Positions 54,587-64,000 of a stretch of DNA of 64,000 nt are shown here, piece by piece; position 1 is the first letter of the stretch, and each line of letters begins with the position of its first letter. The notes below the pieces were generated by a model. That model saw nothing but the letters and a program-made list of their open reading frames with translations. It was not told the DNA's origin and did no database searches. Made by a program: the position numbers and the translations under genes. This DNA comes from Octopus vulgaris (lineage: Eukaryota), in NCBI GenBank assembly GCA_951406725.2, contig OX597819.1, positions 104,842,001 to 104,906,000 on the forward strand, written 5' to 3'.

Positions 54587-55228
54587 CTGTAGGAGAGAGA
54601 GAGAGAAAGAGAGATAAATTCAGTGATGGGTATATCATCATATTTTTAAATATGATGGCTAAGAGTTGGGAAGCAAAACATTCTACAGAAACAATCAAAT
54701 GGACATTTACAAATATACACATGAGGGTGTAGGACAAAGGTGGGATCAAAAAAAGGAATATTGTTTTAGGGTTACAATGATAAATATGTTGGCAGTGGTG
54801 GTGGTGGTGGCGGCCTTTTCATTAACATCATCATCATCAAGTTTGTATTTGTGCAGGCAGCTTTTGGTAGGGGTGGCAAGAGTAAGGATAAAAATTAACT
54901 TTAGTGGTGGGGAGGGTGTTGGGTAAGTGTCTTCCTTCAATGCCATAAGTTCACCAAAGTCTTGTTAGTAAAATTTGGTAGACAGAAGCTATGCAAAAGC
55001 TTGTCAGATGTGTGTGTTTGTGTGTGTGTGTGTGTCTATATACATACATATGTGTTCATGTATGAATGCATGTATGTATGTAGTTTTGCGTGTTGTATGC
55101 ATGTATGACAGAGGGAAGAGTGAGAGAGAAGAGACAGAAAGAAAGAAAAACAGAGAGAAGAAGAGACAGAGAGAAGATGGGAAGAGAGACAGAGAAAGAG
55201 AGGTGATTTGGCAATATATATGCCATAC

Positions 55229-55431
55229 CTTTAATTGAACACCTGTAATCACAGAGATCACACTTGTATGGCTTCTCCCCAGTGTGGATGCGGACATGTC
55301 GCTTGAGGTCTGAATTTATTTTGAACTTTGCATCACAAAGTTGACATTGAAATGGTGAGTCCCCTGTGTGTGTACGAATGTGGACAATCAACTGACTGGA
55401 ATTACGACTGGCATATGGACATATCTGGCAC
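55229..55431 (-). CDS. ZFP64: ZFP64-like exon: fingers 4-5 and start of finger 6
   Basis: ctacag|G TGC CAG...; CQICPYASRNSSQLIVHIRTHTGDSPFQCQLCDAKFKINSDLKRH, very close to recalled ZFP64 fingers; donor AAAG|GTATGG. Confidence 0.95.
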
Positions 55432-55519
55432 CTGTAGATATAACAAACAACACACAAATATGTTAGCATTATTTCAGTTTTAATCCGTCTGACTTCTGTT
55501 ATCTTTTACTTACCTTTTA

Positions 55520-55554
<35 letters not shown>

Positions 55555-55557
<3 letters not shown>

Positions 55558-55950
55558 TTAGTGTCCACTTTCCATGCTAGCATGGGTTGGACGGTTCAAC
55601 TGGAGTCTGGGAAGCCAGAAGGCTGCACCAGGCCCAGTCTGATCTGGCAATGTTTCTACGGCTGGATGCCCTTCCTAACGCAAACCACTCCGTGAGTGTA
55701 GTGAGTGCTTTTTACGTGCCACTGGCACAGGTGCCAGACGAGGCTGGCAAACGGCCACGATCGGATGGTGCTTTTATGTGCCACCGGCATGGGGGCCAAG
55801 CAAGGCTGGCAATGATCGGATGGTGCTTTTTATGTGCCACTGGCACGGAGGCCAGTCAGGGTGGCGCTGGCAACGGCCACGTTCAGACGGTTCTCTTACG
55901 TACCACCGGCACTGGTATCACAGCTGCAATTTCCATTGATGTTGATCGAT
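55555..55950 (+). mobile_element. Intronic repeat following (CAT)n with internal tandem subrepeats; related copy ~56455-56770
   Basis: tttccatgctagcatgggttgga...ggatgcccttcctaa...(gtgcttttacgtgccac) repeated in both copies. Confidence 0.7.
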
Positions 55951-57503
55951 TTCGATTGTAAAATACAATTTCTTGTTTCAGTTTATTTATTTTGGTCATT
56001 CGATTGCAACCATGCTGGGGCACCACCCTGAAGGATTTAGTCAAACAACTCAGTATTTATTCTCTTTTTTAAGCCTGATACTTATTCGATCAGTCTCTTT
56101 TGCCAAACTACTAAGTTACAGGGCTATAAACAAGCCAACACCATTTGTCAAGCAGAGGTAGAGGACAAACACAAAGACACACACACATAGATATATACAA
56201 GTGTGTGTGCATGTGTGAAGTGTTAGGTGGCTGAATAGACATAGATATATGTGTATATACTAAAGAGGAGGGCTGCTCAGAAAGCAAGAGCAATGCCAGC
56301 TCCTAACTCTGCTATTACATACTCCCACTGCAACCATGAATTTCAGCCAAAATTAGCCTAATAAGCCACTTCAGGACCCACAAAATGTAAAGCTGATAAT
56401 CTGGTCATCTTCACGGACATGAAGTAAGAATGTCACGTGTGTGTCATCATCAACACCATCATTTAACATCTGTTTTCCATGCTAGCATGGGTTGGATGGT
56501 TTGACTAAAGACTGGCAAGTCAGCAGGCTGCACCAGGCTCCAATTTGCTCTGGATGCCCTTCCTAATGCCAGCCACTCTGAGAGTGTAGAGGGTGCTTTT
56601 TACATGCCACCAGCACAGGAGTCAGTCAGAGGGCACTGGCATCAAAAACAATCAGTTGGTACTTTTTACATGCTACCATCACAGGAGCCAGTCAGGGGGC
56701 ATTAACATTGACTATGTTTGCAAGGTGCTTTTTACGTGCCACTGGCACAGGAGCCAGTCAGGGGGCACCATCATCACACACACACACACACACACAATGG
56801 GCTTCTTTCAGTTTCCACCTACCAAATCCACCACACAAAGCTTTGATCAGCCTGAGGTTATAGGGGAAGACATTTACCCGGAGTACCACACAATGGAACT
56901 GATCCCAAAACTGTTACTGATATTTATTTATTTATCTTATCAATTGGCACAGGAATAATTATGTTATGACGTTTGTCTTGTCACCAGAGGATTCTGACTC
57001 CTGGATTCAATCTTACTGCATGGCTACCTTGGGCAAGTGTCTTCTATTATACTACCTACTGTAACCTCAAGACACCCAATGCCCTGTGCGTGTATTTTCT
57101 AAACAGAAACTGGAAAAAAACATATCACATATGTGTGTGTGCATTATTTTTTATGTGGGTGAGTGAGTGTGTATGTGCATGTAGATGTGTTTGTGCTTAT
57201 GTGTGTATATGTGTATGTGTGCACACAAGTGTGTTTGTGTGTGTGATTTTCACTAACATGTGTTGGTTTGCAATATCCCACAAGCAAGAAGCCCCATAGT
57301 TTCACCTCTCACTGTGTAAGAACCAGTGGATCAGCAAATGCTATGTAGTTGAACAGAATTCAAAATAACTCAAGGCAAATATATAACAGGCCAATCACTA
57401 GTTCACTGCATTTCCAACAGAGGGAGTGATGAGGGAGTGTCATCTGTGCAACAAAGATGGAATAAAAACCCCATGGTATTTTACTCCATCCACCCATCCT
57501 ACA

Positions 57504-57543
<40 letters not shown>

Positions 57544-58585
57544 TATGTACATCTGTGTATGGTTAAGAAGTTTGCTTCTTAATCACATGAACTCAGGTTC
57601 AGTCTCACTATGTGGCATCTCAGGCAAGTGGCTTCCACTTTAGCCCTTAGGTTGACCCATGCCTGATGAGAGAATTTGGAAGACAGAAGCTCAAAAGTTG
57701 TGCAGAAGTCCTCATATATCTGATTAAGGAGAGGTGATCAGCAAGGGTACTCACCAACAATAACCACAATTTATTAACTCACAACAGTAGATTTCACCAT
57801 TTCTTCCATACCATCCATTTATTTGTTTATTAATGTCTGTTTTTTCCATACTAACATGAACCGGAGGGGTACAAATCTGAAGCAGGATTTTACAGCCAGA
57901 TGCTCTTTGTGTCATCAGCTCTGACTTGTTTTTCAAATAAGGAAATTTATTTTTATTTCATGCATCTCTCAAAGCTCAGAACAACTGCTTGTAATGTCAT
58001 CAAGAAATGTAAACATCATTTCACTGAAGCAGTGACAAATTGTGGAATATCAACATTCATACACACACATCCATAAATATGCACACACAAACACACACAC
58101 ACACAAACAAACAGCTTCTTGTAGTTTCTGTCTACCAAATTTACTCTCAAATCATTAGTTATCCTGGGTCTATAGTAGAAGGCACTTACCAAGATGCCAA
58201 GCATGGAACTGAACCTGAGACCAGGTGACTACAAAGCAAATACTTCAATCACACAGTTATGCTTGTAATCAATTTTGTAGTCTATTGGCAGTTGATTTAC
58301 TGTTCCTTTCGTCGACTGTCTTACCATCCACTATACCAGTCAATTTACCATTTCTTTTACTATTTCCCTTAACAGTCAATTTACTACTCTTTTTACCAGT
58401 CAACATGTCCTCCCTTTCATCAGTTATTTTTACATGCCTTTTATTACTCCTTTACCAATTCCTTTACTATTCTTCATTAACATCTCTTTTACCACTGATT
58501 CTATTAATCCTTTTGTCAGATACTATGCCAATTCAGCAATGCTACAGAAGTGGCACAAAAACAACAGAATTTGATACCAACTCAC

Positions 58586-58658
58586 TTGAAAGGCCTCTCA
58601 TTTGTGTGAATCCGGAGATGTTTTTTCAAACTGCTGCTGTCGGCTGACGAATATGGAC
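58586..58658 (-). CDS. ZFP64: ZFP64-like 73-bp exon: rest of finger 3 (not in ORF track)
   Basis: cttcag|GTCCATAT...TTCAA|gtgagt; encodes (C)PYSSADSSSLKKHLRIHTNERPF(K), resembling the ADSSSLNKHLRIH finger I recall from vertebrate ZFP64; phases match on both sides. Confidence 0.92.
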
Positions 58659-59837
58659 CTGAAGTAGAAAATAATATCATAGATAGAGGGGTAGTGATGG
58701 CTGTGAGGATGGGGTTTTGACTTCTGCTTTAACAAACAACCTCACAAAGCATTTCTGTACTGTGTTTCTAGGTAACTAGCAGTAAAATGATATTGAACTA
58801 TCAGACCAGAGATATTAAGTCTGATTTCTATTTAAGGTCTAAAGATGTCTGTCTCAAGTTTTTAACCTCATTAGACAGGACTCATCTCAGTTTCACAACC
58901 TAGAAGCAACCAAGAATACAATACTCTCCTTGAAAAGATGTTTGCCTGTTGCAGAGTTAACTCCCAGCTGTTGCTGTGACTCATTTTCATCTGAATGAAC
59001 TGGAGTAACATAAAATGAAGTATTTTGCTCAAGAACATATTGTGCAGCTGTCTTAGAATTGAAAGCTTGACCTTATGATTGTAAGTTAAACACACTAACT
59101 AGCCAATCATGTGCCTTCAGAATTTCGATAGTGGGACCTTTTGAATTCTATCTTATTCTTATTGTTAATGTCATTTAACCCCAGAAAAATCCTGATCCAG
59201 TTGATCTATAATAAAATGCTTTCCAGCAGAGACTATCTCATCTTGATTTCAGACATAGTGTATCTAAAACTACATTACATTATCTTACTTTTGCTATTAT
59301 GATCATAAATTATGTAAAATGTTTTTTATGGGTTACTCAGAAGAAGAAAAAAATCTGCCTCAATAAATTCAATCTGACTTCAATATTTCGTCCAGGGTCT
59401 CCCTCTTCCACACATTCCCAACACCCTGAATAAATCTGTATAGGACTGTCAACCTTTGGATTTCTATGTGTACCATAAATAATTAAATATAAATCAATTA
59501 AATGCACAAAACTATTATATCAAAGAACCTGAAGACACTTATTCAGCAGAAAAATGTGTCGGAATGTAATATGAAGAAAATGCTTTTTAATAAATTTTCA
59601 AGATGTATAACTCTCCATTTTTCATTATTATGTCTTGATAAGATTCTCTGTATTCCACATGAAATCCACTGAAGCGAACTCGGGGTTTACCATTCAAAGG
59701 GAGTACAGTTTAATTGTTTATTCTAAATACTTCCTATCTATCAATGTGGTTAGCGAAATCTGGATTTTATCAGATCGCTTGCACAGTATCTGCCCAGATT
59801 TAAAATCCCTATTCTTTTGTGTAGTGTGTGTGTGTGT

Positions 59838-59924
<87 letters not shown>

Positions 59925-59939
59925 TGTGTGTGTGTGTGT

Positions 59940-59992
<53 letters not shown>

Positions 59993-60008
59993 GTATGGAT
60001 ATACATAC

Positions 60009-60260
60009 ACATTTCACATTGATATGGTTTGGTGCCAGTATGGCCCCTCTCATGGATCTTCAGCTTGTCACTGCGATTAAAAGACTTCTGACACTTTGTA
60101 CATTGGAAAGGCCTCTCGCCTGTGTGTGTACGGGTATGTCGGTCAAGGTCCTTCATGTAGGCCGTCTGAAATTCACACACTTCAAAAGTGCACTTGAACT
60201 TCTTGTGGAGTGTTGGTCTGGATTTGACGGACGTTTTACTTCCACTGGATGTTTGGGCCG
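60009..60260 (-). CDS. ZFP64: ZFP64-like exon: C2H2 fingers 1-2 and start of finger 3
   Basis: Acceptor tttctttcag|, encodes [36 protein letters not shown]...[11 protein letters not shown], donor T|GTATGT (phase 1). Confidence 0.93.
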
Positions 60261-60975
60261 CTGAAAGAAACAAACAGAAAGAGTAAAGGTGAGACAATGG
60301 GAAAGTATGTGATACATGATGATGTCTCTCTCTCTCTCTCTCTCACAAATACACACACACAAACAAATACATACAAACACATACACAAACACACACAAAC
60401 ATATATACACACATATGCACACACATAGAATACCATATGTACACACACAAACACATATACATGTGACACTCTGGACAAGTGTTTTCAACTATAACTTCAA
60501 GCAGACCAAAGCCTTGTGAGTGGATTTGGTAGATGGAAAGTGAAAGAACCCTTGCATATATGTATATATATATATGTATGTGTGTAATGTGTCTTTGTGT
60601 CTGTATTTGTCCCCCACTACCACTTGACAACTAGTGTTGGTGTGTTTACATCTGGTAACTTAGTGGTTCAGCAAAAGACACCAACAGAATAAGTACCAGG
60701 CTTCAAAAAAAAATATAATAATAATTAACGGGATTCATTCATTTGACTAAAATTCTTCACAGCAGTGCCCCAGCATGGTCACAGTCTAATGACCGAAACA
60801 AGTAAAAATTTTTGAAAATGAAATAAATACATAGGCTGAAAATAGCCAGTTTCAATGCTAAAGGGCCAAAGTGAGGAAAGGCCTTGTGCAGGGTCAATCT
60901 CACTATCTAAACAATGTATACATTTTCTCAAAAAGAAGAACTAGTCTATAACATTAGATGCAAACAAAGTCACAG

Positions 60976-61182
60976 GTGATGGCTGGTTACCAACTTAATA
61001 TGGCAGTCCCAGGAAAAGGAAGAATGCTACTGCTATTTAGCCCCAAGAAACACCATTTCCAGTTGGCTATTAGAACGCTTGTGTTGCATAGCCAACTAGG
61101 AACGGTGTTTCTTGGGGCTAAATAGCAGTAGCATTCTTCCCTTTCCTAGGACTGTCATATTAAGTTGGCAACAAGCCATCAC
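60976..61182. repeat. Intronic fold-back (95-bp arms, 17-nt loop)
   Basis: Arms 60976-61070 / 61088-61182. Confidence 0.85.
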
Positions 61183-62001
61183 TTTATTATGCTATTACTG
61201 CATAACTCTCTCTGAGAGATTTAGAAATCTAAAGTCATAGGTGTTACATCAGAATTTATCAGCCTCACTCACAACTGTTGGATACCCATTGACTCTACTG
61301 AGTTCATCTACCCTTTGACAGGTCCTTTTGTTTTTCATCCTTCAGGGGATCCAATGAAAATCACCCTCCTTGCCAAACAAGCTTGATACAGTTGGCAGTT
61401 TAATTGCTGACCACCTAATCATATGTGTGTGTGTGTTTATAGATGCAGATATGACTGTGGGGTTAAGAAGTATATTTCACAACCATGTGGTTTAAGGTTC
61501 AGTTCTACTGTACCTACTTTGGACAAGTGTCTTCTTCTATAGCCCCAGATTGACTAATCCCTTGTGAATGGATTTGGTAAACAGAAACTGTTCAGAAGCA
61601 CACTATGGGCATGTGTTTTCTTTGTGTTTGTCTCTTACCACTCGACAAATGGTGTTCACGTGTTTACATCCCCATAACTTAGTGGTTCAACAAAAAGAGA
61701 CAGATAAAATAGGTACCATACTAAAAATAAAAGTAACAGGATTGATTTCATCAATTAAACTTATAAGACAGTGCCCCAGCATGGCCACAGTGTAGTCCAA
61801 TGTATGTAAATGTGTATATGTATACATATGTATATGTGTGTTTGTATACATATGTGTGTGTGTGTGTTTATCCCCCACCATTGCTTGACAACTGGTGTTG
61901 GTTTGTTTACATCCTGTTTCTTAGCAGTTTGGCAAAAGAGACCAATGAAATGAGTATCAGACTTAGAAATGGGAAACTGGGATTGATTTGTTCAATGAAA
62001 C

Positions 62002-62271
62002 CAGTGATTCTCAACCCATTTTTTACCCATGGACCCCTTTGATTTCTATTTTACTCTACTGGATCCCCTCCGTAACCATTCACTGTGTATAAAAATAAAA
62101 TCTTACTGTGTTTTTATAATTAGATATTATCAAGAATTGTATTTAAAAAATTGTTAAAATACTTTGTGTATTGCACAAGTTTTAACCAATTTATTATACA
62201 TAAATTTTAACAACAAAATCTTATATAGACCACCTGCCAAGGGCCATATGAATCTTGGTTGAGAACCACTG
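62002..62271. mobile_element. hAT-like MITE inserted into a SINE
   Basis: TIRs cagtgattctcaacc / ggttgagaaccactg; 6/8-matching 8-bp flanks; SINE sequence resumes after it. Confidence 0.7.
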
Positions 62272-62697
62272 AACCAAACCCTTCAAGGCAATGCCCCAGC
62301 ATGGCCACAATCCAATGACTGAAGCAAATAAAAGATAAAAGATAAACTGAAAAGATAAGAATTTCTATGAGAAAGATAAAAATAAATATATGCGCCCTTT
62401 TAAAGCCTAGCCAGGCTCATGGGCCTGGTTTCCCGGTTTCTATGACATATGTGTTCCCCAGCTGGATGGGACGCCAGTATATCGCAGCATTACTAATTTT
62501 TGCCAGCTGAGTGGACTGGAGCAATGTGAAATGAAGTGTTTTGCTCAAGAACACAACGCATCACCCAATCCAGGAATCGAAACCACAAACTTATGATCAC
62601 GGTGCTGACACTCTAACCACTAAGCCACGTGCTTCCACTTCTATGAGAAAAGAAAATGAATTTTATAGGAAGAAGGTAAACGATACATAATACATAC

Positions 62698-63616
62698 CTT
62701 GTTTTGTTGATGTTGTTGTAGAGGTGGTGCTTGCAGTGGTTGCTGGTAGCACAGGTATTAGACAAGTAGACTGCGACTGAAAGACTGGGTTAGCTTCAAC
62801 AGGATTGACATTGTTAGAACAATCACTAACAGCAATGTTGTGTTGGGTGACGTGGGATGATACTTGTGTAGATTGAGGCTGTTGCTGGTGGGAAGAGGAA
62901 GAAGTTTCCAGAGACTGGCACTCGGATAAAAGGGAACTGGCATGACCCACAGAACTGTCAAATTCCTGAACGATAGCCATCAAACTACTAACAGAACCTG
63001 CTTCTGAACTACCTAGCATCCGCAGCCGGTAGCTATCAATCTGTGAAGTGTTCTGTGACTGAGTAGATGATACACACGAAGAGATATTGTTGATGGTAGT
63101 GATGGGGGTGGTGGTATTGTTGTTGGTGGTGGATGTAATGGTGGTATTGGTGGCAGTGGCAGTGGTAGTATTAATGGTGGTGGTAGTAATGATGTTGTTG
63201 TTATTGTAGGGTTGTTGATTATCACAGGAGAGTAAAGTGAAGTTTTGTGGGAGAGCCTGCTGGTTGCTAGGCAATACATCAGAGCTGATCGGAGCCAAAT
63301 TCTCTAAAGATTCTGTAATGATTTGGTCAGTGAAAAACTGTTGTGCAACTGCAGCGTCTCTTGAAGACGTCGCATCTGCCTGAAGCTGTTCTTGGACACG
63401 TTTTACCAGAACCTGATTGCTGACATTGGTTGATGGAGCCACAATAGATGAAGATGAGGGGCTGCTGTTCAATCCCAGGCTCTGTACTAACTGTTCTGTT
63501 GTCACAGCAACACACACTTGTGATGAGTTTTGATCCATTTTTGTAATATAAGCATTCTTTGCTTCATTCGACAGTTCCGACAGATCTGTGGTACCATCAA
63601 TAACATGACTGCTGGC
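62698..63616 (-). CDS. ZFP64: ZFP64-like zinc finger gene, first in-window coding exon (S/T/Q-rich N-terminal region)
   Basis: Acceptor ttttctag| before 63616, frame open (ASSHVIDG...MDQNSS...STKQ), donor CAAG|GTATGT at 62698/62697 in phase 1, matching the next exon. Frame is open upstream of the Met at 63538, so further exons probably lie beyond the window. Confidence 0.8.
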
Positions 63617-63650
63617 CTAGAAAATAGAGTTGTCAATAATGAATGTTCAT

Positions 63651-63717
<67 letters not shown>

Positions 63718-63886
63718 TTCTTTATCTGTCTATCTCTTTGTCTCTCAAATATATACATTCTCTCTTATTCTCTCATACACTCACACCCTCTCTAACACAC
63801 ACACAAATCCATGCAATCTCTTTCACACAATGCTCTCTCACTCTCTCTCTCTTACACACAATCCATACAATCTCTGTCACACATTC

Positions 63887-63939
<53 letters not shown>

Positions 63940-64000
63940 AGTACACGTGAAGAGTAGACAACACAAAGATTACACACAGAGTACACAAACAGATTATCTT

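Noticed and set aside
54587-54749. N-terminal extension of the 714-aa ORF
   Set aside because: Lies upstream of a strong CT-tract/CAG acceptor; intronic read-through.

Overview
Eukaryotic, repeat-saturated animal DNA; the microsatellite density and SINE families suggest an octopus (inference, not database-checked). One real gene: the 3' five coding exons of a minus-strand ZFP64-like C2H2 zinc-finger gene (52605-63616; 10 fingers; splice phases consistent; 5' end outside the window). The first ~52 kb has no recognisable host gene. It contains SINEs, LINE fragments (RTE, R4/NeSL-type), Penelope-like remnants, a deleted Gypsy element, a solo LTR, a possible DIRS remnant, a near-intact IR/DR Tc1 transposon, MITEs and a few enhancer-like unique islands. 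The most striking unannotated signal is a set of short, non-coding, (TA)n-flanked fold-back elements carrying minimal type I hammerhead ribozyme motifs. Four unrelated ones are stacked at 40.2-42.9 kb. Three neighbours use three different Watson-Crick pairs at core positions 3:8 (C:G, G:C, U:A), and one is a 356-bp tandem that could release a retrozyme-like monomer. Most ORF-track entries are microsatellite artefacts. Ribozyme activity is predicted from motif and pairing only.
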